Below, in pieces: positions 46,037 to 58,190 of a stretch of DNA of 64,000 nt (positions are counted from its first letter, which is position 1; each line of letters starts with the position of its first letter). The DNA lies in NCBI GenBank assembly GCA_044440125.1, contig JBITAJ010000028.1, positions 224,001 through 288,000 of the forward strand, read 5' to 3'. This stretch comes from Sedimentisphaeraceae bacterium JB056 (lineage in GTDB: Bacteria; Planctomycetota; Phycisphaerae; Sedimentisphaerales; Sedimentisphaeraceae). Below the pieces are notes generated by a model that ran no database searches, had not been told where the DNA came from, and worked only from the letters and a program-made list of their open reading frames with translations. Made by a program: the position numbers and the translations under genes.

Positions 46037-47737
46037 ATGGCAGCAAAAGACTTATCTTTTGAATCAGAAGCAAGGGCTTCCCTGCTGGCCGGTGTTGAAA
46101 AACTGGCAGCAGCAGTAAAGTCTACACTTGGACCACGCGGCCGGTGTGCAATAATCGACAAAGGCTGGGGCGGCCCTACCGTAACCAAGGACGGCGTAAC
46201 AGTTGCCGAAGAGATCGATCTTTTCGACAAGACTGAAAACATGGCAGCCAAGCTTGTCAAAGAAGCAGCAAGCAAGACAAGCAAGAAAGCCGGTGACGGC
46301 ACAACCACAGCTACAGTTCTTACAGAAGCTATCTTCAAAGAGGCTTGCAAGAATCTGGCAGCCGGTGCTGATCCAATGGCAATGAACAGAGGTATCAAGA
46401 AGGCAGTGGAAGCCGCAACAGCAAAGCTTCTTTCAATGGCTAAGCCGGTTGACATCTCAAAGAAGAACGATATCGTGAATATCGCTTCTATCTCAGCCAA
46501 CAACGATCCCGATATTGGCAAGACCATGGCTGACGCTTTCATGCGTGTAGGCAAGGACGGCGTTATCACAGTAGAAGAAGGCAAAGGCCTTGATACATAC
46601 GTTGATTTCGTAGAAGGTATGCAGTTCGACCGCGGTTATCTTTCTCCGCACTTCGTAACAGATCAGGACAACATGCTCTGCGAACTGGAAAAACCTTTCA
46701 TCCTCATTTTCGAGGACAAGATCAGTAATATTCAGAAGCTGGTACCAATCCTTGAAGCAGTAGCCAAAAGCAAAAGACCGCTTCTTATCATCGCTGAAGA
46801 TGTTGAAGGTGAAGCACTGGCAACTCTCGTAGTTAACAAACTTCGCGGCATTCTCGAAGTAGCAGCCGTAAAGGCTCCGGGATACGGCGATCGTCGTAAA
46901 GCAATGCTTGAGGATATCGCTATCTGCACAGGCGGACAGGCAATAATGAAAGACCTCGGCATCGAGCTTGACAGCATCGACATCCAACAGCTTGGACAGG
47001 CCAAGAAGGTTACTATCGACAATGATAACACAATTATCGTTGAAGGAGCCGGAAATGAAGATGCCATCAAGGCACGAATCGATCAGATAAAGAATGAAAT
47101 TGAAATCACAACAAGTGATTATGACCGTGAGAAGCTTCAGGAGCGTATGGCTAAGCTTACAGGCGGCGTTGCACAGATCAACGTTGGTGCAGGCAGCGAA
47201 GCTGAAATGAAAGAGAAGAAAGCACGTATCGAAGACGCACTTCACGCAACACGTGCAGCTATTGAAGAAGGTATTGTAGCCGGCGGCGGTGTTGCCCTCG
47301 TACGCTGCATCCCTGCAATCGAAGCTCTCAAGCTTTCAGGCGATGAAAAGACCGGTGCTATGGCTGTAACAAGAGCACTCAAGATGCCTTGCTACCAGAT
47401 TGCTGACAATGCCGGTGCAGTAGCTAACCTTATCGTAAATAAAGTATCAGAAGCAGAAGAAGGCTTCGGATACAATGCCAATACAGACAAGTTCGAAGAC
47501 CTCATCTCTGCCGGTGTTATCGACCCGGTTAAAGTAACACGTATCGCACTGGAAAGCAGCGCGAGTGTTGCAGGTCTTCTTATGACAACCGACTGCGTTG
47601 TCACCGAACAGCCTTCCGATGAGCCAGAGATGCCGGCCGGTGGCGGAATGCCAGGCGGCATGGGCGGTATGGGAGGAATGGGCGGCATGCCAGGAATGGG
47701 TGGCATGGGTGGAATGCCCGGAATGGGAATGATGTAA
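46037..47737 (+). CDS. groEL: chaperonin GroEL (copy 2)
   Basis: [34 protein letters not shown]; long GGM-repeat tail. Confidence 0.98.
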   Translation: MAAKDLSFESEARASLLAGVEKLAAAVKSTLGPRGRCAIIDKGWGGPTVTKDGVTVAEEIDLFDKTENMAAKLVKEAASKTSKKAGDGTTTATVLTEAIFKEACKNLAAGADPMAMNRGIKKAVEAATAKLLSMAKPVDISKKNDIVNIASISANNDPDIGKTMADAFMRVGKDGVITVEEGKGLDTYVDFVEGMQFDRGYLSPHFVTDQDNMLCELEKPFILIFEDKISNIQKLVPILEAVAKSKRPLLIIAEDVEGEALATLVVNKLRGILEVAAVKAPGYGDRRKAMLEDIAICTGGQAIMKDLGIELDSIDIQQLGQAKKVTIDNDNTIIVEGAGNEDAIKARIDQIKNEIEITTSDYDREKLQERMAKLTGGVAQINVGAGSEAEMKEKKARIEDALHATRAAIEEGIVAGGGVALVRCIPAIEALKLSGDEKTGAMAVTRALKMPCYQIADNAGAVANLIVNKVSEAEEGFGYNANTDKFEDLISAGVIDPVKVTRIALESSASVAGLLMTTDCVVTEQPSDEPEMPAGGGMPGGMGGMGGMGGMPGMGGMGGMPGMGMM

Positions 47738-47836
47738 TCAAATGATTATTTAGATAATAAGCATCATATTTAACAAAATAACAGCAGAGGCACAGATTTT
47801 GTGCCCCTAAAGCTAAGATAAAACAGGAGTATATAT

Positions 47837-48124
47837 ATGAAAATCAGACCATTAGGTGACAGAGTAGTAGTTGAGCCGCAGACAGCCGAAGAGAAAAGTG
47901 CAGGCGGCATCCTTCTTCCTGATTCAGCTCAAGAGAAACCTCTTATGGGTAAAATAATCGCTGTTGGTAAAGGCAAGACTCTTGACAATGGTGAAGTTGC
48001 AGAGATGAGCGTCAAAAAAGGCGACGTGGTAGTTTACGGTACTTACAGCGGCAGTGAGATCACTGTTGACGGTAAGGACCTAAAGATTCTTCACGAAGGC
48101 GAAATTCTCGGAATCGTTGAATAA
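47837..48124 (+). CDS. groES: co-chaperonin GroES (copy 2)
   Basis: MKIRPLGDRVVV, SAGGILLPDSAQEKP, VKKGD. Confidence 0.97.
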   Translation: MKIRPLGDRVVVEPQTAEEKSAGGILLPDSAQEKPLMGKIIAVGKGKTLDNGEVAEMSVKKGDVVVYGTYSGSEITVDGKDLKILHEGEILGIVE

Positions 48125-48180
48125 TAACTGGATTGAATTGGTTTATTAACTTTAGGCTTAAAAAGCCGGAGGAATAAAAT

Positions 48181-49797
48181 ATGGCAAAACAAATGATGTT
48201 CGAAACTGCTGCGAGAAAAGAGCTCAAGGAAGGTTTGAGTGCACTCGCTTCGGCGGTTAAGGTAACAATGGGCCCGACAGGCAAGAATGTGCTTTTGCAC
48301 AAGAGCTTCGGCGCACCAAAAGTAACAAAAGACGGCGTATCTGTAAGTAAAGAGATCGAGTTGCCCGAAGTGTTCAAGAACATGGGCGCAAAGATGGTCA
48401 ACCAGGTAGCTAACAAGACAAGCGACAAGGTTGGCGATGGCACAACTACAGCAACTGTTCTGGCAGAAGCTATCTACGCCGAAGGACTTAAATTCGTAGC
48501 TGCAGGTGCTAATCCGGTAGCTATACAAAGAGGAATCAACAAGGCTGTAGAGGTTGTAACAAACTTTATCGCCGAGAATTCCAAGAAGGTGAAAGGCCAC
48601 GCCGATATCGCCAAGGTAGCGACAATCAGTGCCAACAACAATGCCGCGGTAGGCGAAATGATCGCCAACGCAATGGATAAGGTCGGCAAAGAAGGCGTTA
48701 TCGAGATCGAAGAAGGCAAGGGAATGGAAACAGAGCTCAGCGTTGTCGAAGGTATGCAGTTCGACCGCGGCTACATCTCTCCATACTTCATCACAGACAC
48801 CGGCAGTCTTGAAGCTGTTCTTGAAGACGCTTACGTTCTTCTTCACGAAAAGAAGATATCAAACGTACGCGAGCTTGTTCCGCTTCTTGAGAAGACTGCT
48901 CAGGTTGGCGCACCTCTTTTCATTATTGCTGAAGACATTGAAGGCGAAGCTCTTACAGCTCTCGTTATCAACCGTCTGCAGGGTGTAATCAAAGTGGCCG
49001 CCGTTAAGGCTCCCGGCTTTGGTGATCGCCGTAAAGCAATGCTTGAGGACCTTGCAACCCTCACCGGTGGTATGGTCATAACAGAAGACCTCGGCATCAA
49101 GCTCGAGACAGTTGAACTCAAGCAGCTCGGTCGTGCCAAGAAAGTCATCATCGGCAAAGATAACACAACGGTTATCGAAGGTGCCGGTAAGAAGAAAGAC
49201 ATCAAGTCACGCTGCGAGCAAATTCGCTCAATGATTGAGAAAACAACAAGCGACTACGATCGCGAGAAGCTGCAGGAACGCCTTGCTAAGCTTACAGGCG
49301 GAGTTGCAATAATCAAAGCCGGTGCTGCCACAGAAGTGGAAATGAAAGAACGTAAGGATCTTCTGGACGACGCTCTCTGTGCTACAAAAGCAGCTACAGA
49401 GGAAGGTATCGTAGCAGGCGGCGGACTTACTTACCTCCGTGCTATCGAAGTTGTGAACAATTCACGCAGCAAGGTTAAGGGCGATGAGAAAATCGGTTTC
49501 GACATTATCGCCGGTGCACTGAAAGCTCCAACACGTCAGATCGTTGACAACGGCGGCGGTGAAGGCGATGTTGTTGTTGAGCAAATCCTTGAACAAAAAG
49601 GCAATGTCGGTTATGACGCTGCTCAAGGAAAGTTCACCGACCTTGTTAAAGCCGGCATCATTGATCCGGCCAAGGTTACGAGAACCGCTCTCCAGAACGC
49701 TGCATCAGTATCAGGCTTGATGCTGACAACAAACGTACTCATCACTGACTATGATGATAAGTGCGAAGATGGCGACATCCCAGGCGCGATTCACTAA
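48181..49797 (+). CDS. groEL: chaperonin GroEL (copy 3)
   Basis: [34 protein letters not shown]; acidic tail without GGM. Confidence 0.97.
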   Translation: MAKQMMFETAARKELKEGLSALASAVKVTMGPTGKNVLLHKSFGAPKVTKDGVSVSKEIELPEVFKNMGAKMVNQVANKTSDKVGDGTTTATVLAEAIYAEGLKFVAAGANPVAIQRGINKAVEVVTNFIAENSKKVKGHADIAKVATISANNNAAVGEMIANAMDKVGKEGVIEIEEGKGMETELSVVEGMQFDRGYISPYFITDTGSLEAVLEDAYVLLHEKKISNVRELVPLLEKTAQVGAPLFIIAEDIEGEALTALVINRLQGVIKVAAVKAPGFGDRRKAMLEDLATLTGGMVITEDLGIKLETVELKQLGRAKKVIIGKDNTTVIEGAGKKKDIKSRCEQIRSMIEKTTSDYDREKLQERLAKLTGGVAIIKAGAATEVEMKERKDLLDDALCATKAATEEGIVAGGGLTYLRAIEVVNNSRSKVKGDEKIGFDIIAGALKAPTRQIVDNGGGEGDVVVEQILEQKGNVGYDAAQGKFTDLVKAGIIDPAKVTRTALQNAASVSGLMLTTNVLITDYDDKCEDGDIPGAIH

Positions 49798-49824
49798 TTA
49801 ATTTAGTGAAATAGAAAAAAACAT

Positions 49825-49860
49825 GTGTAGAGGCGTTGGTTTTCAGCGCCTCTACATTTT
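49825..49860 (+). terminator. hairpin/terminator after groEL3 (GTAG-palindrome type)
   Basis: tgtagaggcgttg..cagcgcctctacatttt. Confidence 0.65.
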
Positions 49861-50001
49861 AAGCTTTATCAGAAACTTAAACCTGATGAAGCTTTTGTTC
49901 TGTCAATACTATCAAAAATATCGCATGCAAACATACGAAATAATGCGGTATCTTTAATAGTATTGAAAATAAGTAACGAAAGAAGATCGGTAACTTTTAT
50001 T

Positions 50002-51138
50002 ATGGCAAAACGTGACTATTACGAAGTTCTTGGCGTAAGCAAAACAGCTTCCGCGGATGAGATAAAGAAGGCCTACAGGAAACTGGCGGTCAAATTTCAT
50101 CCTGACAAAAACCCCGGCAACAAAGAGGCCGAGGAGAAGTTCAAGGAATGCGCCGAGGCTTACGAAGTCCTCAGCAATCAGGAAAAACGCCAGCGATATG
50201 ACCAGTTCGGCCATGAAGGGCTTAGAGGTGCTGGCGTTCATGACTATTCTCACATGAATGTTGATGACATATTCAGCAACTTCGGTGATATATTCGGCGA
50301 CATATTCGGTGGAGGCAGAAGCCGCAGAAGCCGCAACCCAAACGCTCCTCAAAGAGGACTCGATCTGGAAACCTCTGTAGCTCTTACGCTGAATGAAGTT
50401 GCCAACGGCTGTGAAAAGAATATTGAATTCACAAGACAGGATAACTGTCCTGAATGTTCAGGCTCAGGCTGTGCAAAGGGTACATCCCCTCAGACTTGCC
50501 AAACCTGTCACGGAAGCGGACAAGTTGCGAATTCAAGAATGGGCGGTTTTTTCCAGATGCTCACAACCTGCCCTACCTGCCGTGGACAGGGACGGACAAT
50601 TCCTAATCCATGCTCCAAATGCAGGGGCAGAGGAACTGTAGCAGCTAAAAGAAAAGTAGTGGTCAAGATACCTGCCGGTGTACATGAAGGCCAGGCAGTT
50701 CGTATGAACGGCGAAGGCGAACCGGGCAAGAACAATGGGCCAAGGGGTGATTTGTATTGCTATGTCAATATAAAGGAACACCCGTTCCTGATGAGGGATG
50801 ACTCAAACCTTATCGCTATTGTGCCGATAAGCTTCACGCAGGCGGCACTTGGCGCAAGCATTGATGTGCCGAGTCTTGAAGGCGCCAAAAAGCTGACAAT
50901 ACCTGCCGGAACGCAATATGGCGATGTATTCAGGATTCGCAATCAGGGCCTGCCGGATATGAGAACCGGAAGAAAAGGCGATGAGCTGATAAGGATAACG
51001 ATAGAAATCCCACGAAAACTCACTGATAAGCAAAAAGAAATGCTTAAAAAATTCGCGGAAACTGAAGATAAGAACGTTTCACCGGAAAGCTCCGGTTTTT
51101 TTGAAAAACTTAAAAACTATTTCGGTAATAAGAAATGA
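50002..51138 (+). CDS. dnaJ: molecular chaperone DnaJ
   Basis: J domain with HPD, G/F region, four CxxCxGxG repeats. Confidence 0.97.
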   Translation: MAKRDYYEVLGVSKTASADEIKKAYRKLAVKFHPDKNPGNKEAEEKFKECAEAYEVLSNQEKRQRYDQFGHEGLRGAGVHDYSHMNVDDIFSNFGDIFGDIFGGGRSRRSRNPNAPQRGLDLETSVALTLNEVANGCEKNIEFTRQDNCPECSGSGCAKGTSPQTCQTCHGSGQVANSRMGGFFQMLTTCPTCRGQGRTIPNPCSKCRGRGTVAAKRKVVVKIPAGVHEGQAVRMNGEGEPGKNNGPRGDLYCYVNIKEHPFLMRDDSNLIAIVPISFTQAALGASIDVPSLEGAKKLTIPAGTQYGDVFRIRNQGLPDMRTGRKGDELIRITIEIPRKLTDKQKEMLKKFAETEDKNVSPESSGFFEKLKNYFGNKK

Positions 51139-51785
51139 TGAAAAAGAATAAAAAAACAGAAAAAGTTGAGCAGCAGAATAAATCTGAAGATGTCAAGAAT
51201 ACAGAAGAAACTGTAAATGAAACAGAAACAATGCCCAAAGAATGCATTGAAAACTGTTCAGACATTGCAAAGCTTAAAGATGAATACAAAGAGCTGGAAG
51301 GCAAATTCCAGCGTCTAAGTGCTGATTATGCAAATTATCAGAAAAGAGTACCAAGACAGATAGAAGAATCCATCACATACAAAGTAGAATCTTTCATTAA
51401 GTCTCTGCTTCCTGGTATTGACAACTTTGATCATGCATTATCACATGCTTCCTCTTCAAGCCTTGAAGACATGATAAAAGGACTTGAGATGGTCTACGAA
51501 AACCTTCTTTCTATCCTGAAAAGTAACGGGCTTGAACAAATTGATGCCGAAGGCGAGAATTTCGACCCTAATTGTCATCAGGCTGTTATGCAGCGTGCTG
51601 ATGAAGAAAAAGATAATGGTATTGTTCTTGAGCAATATCAAAAGGGATACAAATTCAAAGACAGGGTTCTGCGTCCTGCCATGGTAGTAGTCAATAAACT
51701 GCCGGAAACAGAAGCCCCCGAACAAGAGTCTGCTGAAATCGAAAACGAAGATCAACAGCAAGAGAATGATACAAAGACGGAGTAA
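51135..51785 (+). CDS. grpE: nucleotide exchange factor GrpE
   Basis: [33 protein letters not shown]...[10 protein letters not shown]. Confidence 0.95.
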   Translation: MMKKNKKTEKVEQQNKSEDVKNTEETVNETETMPKECIENCSDIAKLKDEYKELEGKFQRLSADYANYQKRVPRQIEESITYKVESFIKSLLPGIDNFDHALSHASSSSLEDMIKGLEMVYENLLSILKSNGLEQIDAEGENFDPNCHQAVMQRADEEKDNGIVLEQYQKGYKFKDRVLRPAMVVVNKLPETEAPEQESAEIENEDQQQENDTKTE

Positions 51786-51790
51786 TAAAG

Positions 51791-52123
51791 ATGCCTACAT
51801 ATGACTATGTTTGTGAAAATTGCAACCACTCCTTTGAAAAATTCCAGATGATGAGTGCTTCGCCACTTAGAAAATGTCCCGAATGCTCCAAGATGAAACT
51901 TCGCAGACTCATTGGAACAGGTGCTGGTATCATATTCAAAGGCAGCGGTTTTTATGAAACTGATTATCGCAGTGACAGCTATAAACAAGGTCAGACAAGC
52001 GAGCAAAAACCTCAAAAAGCCGAAGGTTCATCAGATAAAAAGAGCGATAAGAAGCCTGAAAAGGTGAAATCTGAGACAAAAGCAGAGACCAAAGCCCCTA
52101 AAGCTTCTAAAAAAACAAAATAA
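51791..52123 (+). CDS. FmdB family zinc-ribbon protein
   Basis: MPTYDYVCENC...CPEC...IIFKGSGFYETDY. Confidence 0.92.
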   Translation: MPTYDYVCENCNHSFEKFQMMSASPLRKCPECSKMKLRRLIGTGAGIIFKGSGFYETDYRSDSYKQGQTSEQKPQKAEGSSDKKSDKKPEKVKSETKAETKAPKASKKTK

Positions 52124-52394
52124 AGCATATGAGTTACAAACAAATTCGGCCTCAAAGAGGTATCTGAAAGCCGCTTTGAGCCGAATTAACTCTGACACCT
52201 GCCAAAATCTCACCTCAAAACCACTCTAAAGTTAGTAAAATACTATAAAAACAAGCCTTAGAGTGATAAAAAAATCTTGACTCTATCGCTTACTATGTTA
52301 ATCTTATAATGTTATACCGTCGGGTAACTGGACGCCCCGGCAGCACTGATGATATAAAACAAGTTTTTCTTGCAATATGTATTGAAAGGTTGGA

Positions 52395-53189
52395 ATGATG
52401 AGTTATAAAGTGGCTTGCGTACTCTCTGTACTTACCGCAATAGTATTATGCGGCTGTAGTGAGGACAAGAGATATTCTTCAATATACACAAAAGAAGTAC
52501 AAGTAGAAGATGTTACGGCTCCACCATCAGCGATGGAAGTGGATCTGGTCGAAGACCTCTCTGCCAAGCGTGCCGAATATGTCAAAGCTATTAAGATGCT
52601 TGAGTCATACTATCAGCAGACAGGCAATTACCGTAAGGGCATGTGGGCAAAACGTGAGCTTGAGCTTCTTGGTCAGGCCCCTCAGTACACTTACGTAGCG
52701 GCCGGTCAGGTTGCAAAAGTAAATCTGCGAGCGATTGACTCTATTGAGGCAGCCGACCAGCTTTACGCTGAAGCAGACGACCTTTACGGCACGGCAAGAC
52801 TGCTCGCACTCATTGGCGACAAGCCAAAACTGCGTCAGGCATTGAGCATGTTCAATCAGCTTATCTCTGATTATCCTACAAGTGACAAAATAGATGATGC
52901 TGCTTACAAAGCAGGGCTTATCTACCAGTCATTCAATGATGAAAAGCTCGCGGCAACATATTACCAAAGAGCCTTCCAGTGGGATTCTGAGACTCCCTAT
53001 CCGGCAAGATTCAAAGCCGCATACCTCATGGACAAAAAGCTTGGCATGAAAGACAAAGCACTTGAGCTTTACAAGGAATCTCTGGCAAAAGAGAATCTTT
53101 ACGACTCAAATATTGATTATGTCAATATGAGAATCAGAGACCTCACTACGAGCAAAGAAATCTCTGAGGCCAAGACTGAGCTTAAATAA
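52395..53189 (+). CDS. TPR-containing lipoprotein
   Basis: lipobox-like VLCGC; TPR-like YPTSDKIDDAAYKAG. Confidence 0.75.
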   Translation: MMSYKVACVLSVLTAIVLCGCSEDKRYSSIYTKEVQVEDVTAPPSAMEVDLVEDLSAKRAEYVKAIKMLESYYQQTGNYRKGMWAKRELELLGQAPQYTYVAAGQVAKVNLRAIDSIEAADQLYAEADDLYGTARLLALIGDKPKLRQALSMFNQLISDYPTSDKIDDAAYKAGLIYQSFNDEKLAATYYQRAFQWDSETPYPARFKAAYLMDKKLGMKDKALELYKESLAKENLYDSNIDYVNMRIRDLTTSKEISEAKTELK

Positions 53190-53224
53190 AACAAGGCTTA
53201 CTTTAAAAACAAATTTGATATCTT

Positions 53225-53260
53225 AACAGGCAAGCGGCTTTGAGCTCTTGCCTGTTTTTT
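53225..53260 (+). terminator. intrinsic terminator
   Basis: aacaggcaag...cttgcctgtttttt. Confidence 0.7.
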
Positions 53261-53265
53261 ATGTA

Positions 53266-54693
53266 ATGGAAAAATTCCTTAAAAAAATATCTGATTATAT
53301 AGAAGCTAACTCTCTTATAGACACTGAAAAGATTGTCGTTGCTTTCAGCGGAGGTGCAGATTCAGCTGCCCTGCTTGATGCATTGTGCCTTCTGAAAGAA
53401 AGTGGAAATATAAAGGCAGAGATATTCGCCGCTCACATCAATCATAATCTGCGAGGTAATGAATCCGATGGCGACCAGAAATTCGCAGAAAACTTCGCTT
53501 TACAAAGACAGGTAAAAATCAAAAGTGAGAACGTTGATATCGAAACATACTGCCGTGACAATAATGTCTCTACAGAAACAGCCGCAAGAGAACTCAGAAG
53601 AAAAGCAATCTGCAAAATCGCCAGCGAATTCGGAGCTAAAACAATAGCCACAGCTCATCACAAGGATGATAATGCCGAGACAATGATCCACAGGCTTAGC
53701 CGCGGCACGGGTCTTAAAGGGCTTGGAGGAATCTGGCCGTCAAGAAATATAAACATAGATGGACATCAAATCAGATATATCAGGCCCCTGCTTTGTGTCA
53801 ATAGGCATGAAATAGAAGAATACTGTAAAAGCCGCGGCATAGACTGGCGACATGACAGCTCAAATGATGAGCTTATCTACACGAGAAATGTAATAAGACA
53901 CAGCATATTACCCAAGCTTGAAGAAAATTCAGCCAACTGCCTCAGAAATAAGCTTTACAAACTTGCCGACTCAAGCCGCAGACTTTATGAAAAAGTGTTT
54001 GAGCTTGCACGATCAGCATGGAATGAAAGCGTATCAATAGCGGAAGATGATGAGGTCGTGATAGAGGCAATATCTTTCAATTTGCTACCGATAATAGTGC
54101 GTCAGGAGATCATACGCCTTGCCTACAACAGACTTGGCGGAAGCGAATCAAAGATCACAAGCAGCCATTATGATAATATAATTGAATTTGCTGCAGGTAC
54201 AGACAGTGCAAAGCTTCAACTGCCCTGTGATATATATTGCTTCAGGGGTTACGGCAGAATAATATTCAGAAAAATAGTAGAACACGGAATCGCTTTTACT
54301 ATAATTAACTCACCAGGAACATACAAATTCAAAGACAATGAAATTGTTGTCAGCAAAGAATCATTCAACAAAAAAATGTTTAAGGATTTCATCAGAAATA
54401 AGAAATCAAATGAGGAATGGTTTGACGCGGCAACTGTAAAACTTCCGATATGCGTACGGAGCAGGGAAACTGGCGACAAATTCCGCCCTATTGGCCAGCG
54501 AACACCAAAAAGAGTTGGCAAATTCCTTATAGGTGCAAGAATCGACCATGCACAACGTGCAAAAATCGTGATTTTTGAAGATGACAACAAAAATATCATC
54601 TGGATCGCTCCACACAGAGCTTCAGATATAACAAAAATATCCGACGATACACAAGAAGTGTACAAGATTAAAGTTGACAAAATTCAGGATTGA
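53266..54693 (+). CDS. tilS: tRNA(Ile)-lysidine synthetase
   Basis: PP-loop AFSGGADS, HINHNLRG, ARELR, TAHHKDDNAET, IRPLL, DSSN...RNVIRH, TilS C-terminal domain. Confidence 0.95.
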   Translation: MEKFLKKISDYIEANSLIDTEKIVVAFSGGADSAALLDALCLLKESGNIKAEIFAAHINHNLRGNESDGDQKFAENFALQRQVKIKSENVDIETYCRDNNVSTETAARELRRKAICKIASEFGAKTIATAHHKDDNAETMIHRLSRGTGLKGLGGIWPSRNINIDGHQIRYIRPLLCVNRHEIEEYCKSRGIDWRHDSSNDELIYTRNVIRHSILPKLEENSANCLRNKLYKLADSSRRLYEKVFELARSAWNESVSIAEDDEVVIEAISFNLLPIIVRQEIIRLAYNRLGGSESKITSSHYDNIIEFAAGTDSAKLQLPCDIYCFRGYGRIIFRKIVEHGIAFTIINSPGTYKFKDNEIVVSKESFNKKMFKDFIRNKKSNEEWFDAATVKLPICVRSRETGDKFRPIGQRTPKRVGKFLIGARIDHAQRAKIVIFEDDNKNIIWIAPHRASDITKISDDTQEVYKIKVDKIQD

Positions 54694-54775
54694 ATAAACG
54701 TAAAGACGCACAAAAAAACATCTCAATCAGTATTTATAAACTGATATGGAAATAAATAGTAAAGGATAGATTAAA

Positions 54776-55174
54776 ATGTTTACAGAAACAATAACACCAA
54801 GATTCGGTGATATAGACGGACTCAGACATATAAACAACGCAGTACTGCCGGTATGGTTTGAGATGGCAAGAAACCCTATATTCAGATTCTTCGTGCCGGA
54901 CTTGACCGTAAACTATGAGAAATGGAACCTCATTATGGCACGTATTGAGCTGGACTTTGTCGGTCAGCTTATGTACGGCAGCGATGTGGAAGTTCGAACA
55001 TCAATCGAAAAAATAGGCAACTCTTCTTTCACCGTATATCAGGAAGCATGGCAAAACGGCAAACTTGGCGCAAAAGGCAAGTCTGTATGTGTACACTTCG
55101 ATTTCAAGGAGCAGAAGTCAAAACGAATCCCACAAGAAATCGTTGAACAATTAAAGCAGCATTTGATTTCATAA
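54776..55174 (+). CDS. acyl-CoA thioesterase (4HBT/YbgC hotdog fold)
   Basis: PRFGDIDGLRHINNA...FEMAR, IGNSSF. Confidence 0.9.
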   Translation: MFTETITPRFGDIDGLRHINNAVLPVWFEMARNPIFRFFVPDLTVNYEKWNLIMARIELDFVGQLMYGSDVEVRTSIEKIGNSSFTVYQEAWQNGKLGAKGKSVCVHFDFKEQKSKRIPQEIVEQLKQHLIS

Positions 55175-55222
55175 TTCAAGAATGAGTGAATTTAGAAGAC
55201 AATCGTATTAAGGAGGTATTTT

Positions 55223-55942
55223 ATGGTTGACAGAAAAGAACGAAATGACCTTATCGCTGCCATAAAAGCATATACAAATAAGGAAATTAACGCTTTTAGA
55301 TTTGATGATATCATAATGGACGAAATGGAGCCGCATGACGATACAGTTCATGAACTCATACACCTTTTATGGTGTACTTATTCAGACTTCAAAGATTATG
55401 AGGTTGATCTAAATTGTTGGGATTTTTATCAAAGAACAATCTTGCTGCTTGAATCTGATGCTAAATTATCAGTTATTTCCAATAAAACTTGGAACATAAG
55501 ACAACTGTTAGCTGCAATATCATTCGGAATATATCTTTATATCGCCTTGCAAATAGGATGGGATTTTGATCTATTTAAACTATTGTTTCCAATTGGGTTA
55601 ACATCAATATTACTTCATAAGTGGAGCCAAAAATCCAAAGAAAGAAAGTACAAAGAAGAAATGGATAAACAGCCTGTAAAAGCAGAAACATTTCCTTTTG
55701 CAAGTTTATCTGAATTACGAAAGACACGGTCTAAAGTCACAAAATTCAAAAAAGATGTATTGCCTTACGAATTGAAAAGAAAAACTTATACTGCAAAACA
55801 ATCCAGTAAAAGCCTTTTGCGAAAAACCTTGGATATGATTTCAGAGAACGCATATATAATACTTTGGGCTATGTTCTCTCCTTTCATGTTAGTATACCAA
55901 ATTTTTCCAGATTCAGAGAAAACCTACAGAGTTATACAATAA
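55223..55942 (+). CDS. hypothetical membrane protein
   Basis: 239-aa AT-rich ORF with aggagg RBS and 2-3 TM segments. Confidence 0.65.
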   Translation: MVDRKERNDLIAAIKAYTNKEINAFRFDDIIMDEMEPHDDTVHELIHLLWCTYSDFKDYEVDLNCWDFYQRTILLLESDAKLSVISNKTWNIRQLLAAISFGIYLYIALQIGWDFDLFKLLFPIGLTSILLHKWSQKSKERKYKEEMDKQPVKAETFPFASLSELRKTRSKVTKFKKDVLPYELKRKTYTAKQSSKSLLRKTLDMISENAYIILWAMFSPFMLVYQIFPDSEKTYRVIQ

Positions 55943-55953
55943 AACTGTAAATA

Positions 55954-57081
55954 TTATATCAATTCGTGTCTTCTGAAATTACCAGTGAATTTCACATCGC
56001 CGTCAAAGATTCCTGTAGTTGTATCGAATAGCTGGGGCAGTTCTTTAATCTCACTGAGAGAATCTGACATATTTACATCGCCAAGACTTGCAAACAGTTT
56101 TGGTGCAATATATACAACCGCTTCATCAGCGATTCCCTTACCAATAAACGAGCTTATAACCTTCGCCCCGCCTTCAACAAGCAATCTCTGCACGCCGCTT
56201 TTACCAAGATTCTCAAGCAGCTGATGCAAATCACATCTACCATCATCGTCCGCATCAACCGCCAACACCTCAGCTCCAAGCTCCACTATCTTTGAGGCCT
56301 TTTCCATATCATTATCGAAAGCCTTCTTAGTTGTAACAATCAGAAGGTCGGCATCTTGTATCGTACCAAACATTTTAAGATCAGTACGTATCCTGAACTT
56401 ACTGTCAACAACAATCCGAAGAGGGGTTCTGCTTTTTGCTGGTCTTGCCGTAAGCAGAGGGTCATCAATCAAAGCCGTTTCAATGCCTACAAGTATCCCC
56501 TGACAACTTCGTCTGAGCTTATGAACATCTTTTCTGCTTGCCTCATTTGATATCCATCTCTGGTCTTCGGGCAAACCGGCCGCCGATAACTTGCCGTCAA
56601 TCGTCTGCGCCCATTTGAGCACAACCCACGGCAGAGATTTTGTGGAATGTTTTATAAAAGCGGGGTTGAGCAAACGTGCCTTTTTTTCGCAAAGCCCGAT
56701 ACTCACCTTTATTCCCGCATCTTCAAGCATCTTCACACCCTTGCCGGCAACTTTGTCACTCGGATCAAGCATGGCAATCACAACCTTGGAAATACCGGCC
56801 TTGATAATTGCCTCAGCACAAGGCGGAGTCTTGCCGTGATGACAGCATGGCTCAAGAGTAACACACATCGTTGCACCGGCAGGATTATGTCCTCTTTTGC
56901 GGCAATCCGCCAGAGCATTGATCTCCGCATGCTCCTTACCATAAGTCTTATGCCAGCCTGAGCCAATCACATTACCATCAGCATCAACTATAACACAACC
57001 AACCATTGGATTAGGCTCAACATTGCCAAACCCTCTTGCGGCAAGTTCGAGAGCCATCTCCATATACTGCTTATGTTTCAT
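55954..57081 (-). CDS. ribD: riboflavin biosynthesis deaminase/reductase RibD
   Basis: PNPMVGCV, HAE, TLEPCCHHGKTPPC, AQTIDG, DDPLLTAR, LLVEGG. Confidence 0.96.
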   Translation of the reverse strand: MKHKQYMEMALELAARGFGNVEPNPMVGCVIVDADGNVIGSGWHKTYGKEHAEINALADCRKRGHNPAGATMCVTLEPCCHHGKTPPCAEAIIKAGISKVVIAMLDPSDKVAGKGVKMLEDAGIKVSIGLCEKKARLLNPAFIKHSTKSLPWVVLKWAQTIDGKLSAAGLPEDQRWISNEASRKDVHKLRRSCQGILVGIETALIDDPLLTARPAKSRTPLRIVVDSKFRIRTDLKMFGTIQDADLLIVTTKKAFDNDMEKASKIVELGAEVLAVDADDDGRCDLHQLLENLGKSGVQRLLVEGGAKVISSFIGKGIADEAVVYIAPKLFASLGDVNMSDSLSEIKELPQLFDTTTGIFDGDVKFTGNFRRHELI

Positions 57082-57114
57082 AATAAACTTTACCTGCTCC
57101 CTTGCGCTGCGTTA

Positions 57115-58131
57115 TTAATTTCTGTCAACGGCTTCTGCAATTTTCCTCACGCTCGCCATAGTCTTTTTGAGAACCTCCGGTGTTATAGACTGTGCTCCAT
57201 CTGAAAGCGCATGCTCTGGATCAAGATGGCACTCAACCAAAAGGCCGTCAGCTCCAGCAGCAACAGCCGCCCTGCACATCGCAGGAACCATATACGAATG
57301 CCCCGTGCCGTGTGAAGGATCAACAACAACCGGCAAGTGCGTCATTTCATTAAGAGCCGGTACTGCTGCAAGCGGCAGAGTATTTCTTACATACTCCTCA
57401 TAAGTTCTTATACCACGCTCACAGAAAATAACTTCTCTGTTGCCGGCATTGATAATATATTCACCGGCAAGAAGCCATTCGTCCAAACGAGAACACAAGC
57501 CACGTTTGAGTATAACAGGCTTATTAACTTTACCTACAGCTTCAAGCAGCGGATAATGCTGCATGTTTCTTGCACCTATCTGCAACACATCAGCGTACTC
57601 AGCCACAAGTTCAACAGTGTCAAGGCTTACAACCTCTGTAACAATCGCAAGACCTGTTCGCTCTCTTGCCATTGCCAGCATCTTAAGTCCCTTTTCCTTA
57701 TGCCCCTGAAAGCTGTAGGGACTGGTTCTGGGCTTATAAGCGCCGCCTCTGAAACCTATGCAGCCGGCATCCTTGACAAGCTCAGCAGTACGTAAAAGCT
57801 GATCTAAATCTTCAACAGCACACGGGCCGGCAATCACACCAACCTCTTTGCCGCCAACAGGGAACTTATCAGGTCCAATTTTAATTTGCGTCTTTTCCTT
57901 ACGCACTTCTTTCGAAGCCAGTTTATAAGGAGCAAGGATAGGAACGACACGTTCAACCTGAGGTGCATTCTCTATCGCTTCACGCTCTACCGATCTTTTA
58001 TCACCAATACACGCAATCACAGTACGGTCTGTACCGACAATGATGTTCTCACGCAATCCAAAATCATGAACCAGCTTTACAACGTGGTTAATACTATCCT
58101 TCGTCGCATCCGGTTTCATTACGATAATCAT
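57115..58131 (-). CDS. aroF: 3-deoxy-7-phosphoheptulonate (DAHP) synthase, type I-beta with N-terminal regulatory domain
   Basis: [49 protein letters not shown]. Confidence 0.95.
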   Translation of the reverse strand: MIIVMKPDATKDSINHVVKLVHDFGLRENIIVGTDRTVIACIGDKRSVEREAIENAPQVERVVPILAPYKLASKEVRKEKTQIKIGPDKFPVGGKEVGVIAGPCAVEDLDQLLRTAELVKDAGCIGFRGGAYKPRTSPYSFQGHKEKGLKMLAMARERTGLAIVTEVVSLDTVELVAEYADVLQIGARNMQHYPLLEAVGKVNKPVILKRGLCSRLDEWLLAGEYIINAGNREVIFCERGIRTYEEYVRNTLPLAAVPALNEMTHLPVVVDPSHGTGHSYMVPAMCRAAVAAGADGLLVECHLDPEHALSDGAQSITPEVLKKTMASVRKIAEAVDRN

Positions 58132-58190
58132 TTTATTCTCTCCAGAAATATGTCAATACCGCCGCGAAATCGCCGGTATTATAATTTTAA

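Noticed and set aside
47630..47734. Tandem ggcggcatg-like repeats
   Set aside because: They encode the normal GGM tail of GroEL
46030..49205. Several long minus-strand ORFs (184, 250 and 251 aa) opposite the groEL genes
   Set aside because: Typical antisense open frames of strongly codon-biased chaperonin genes
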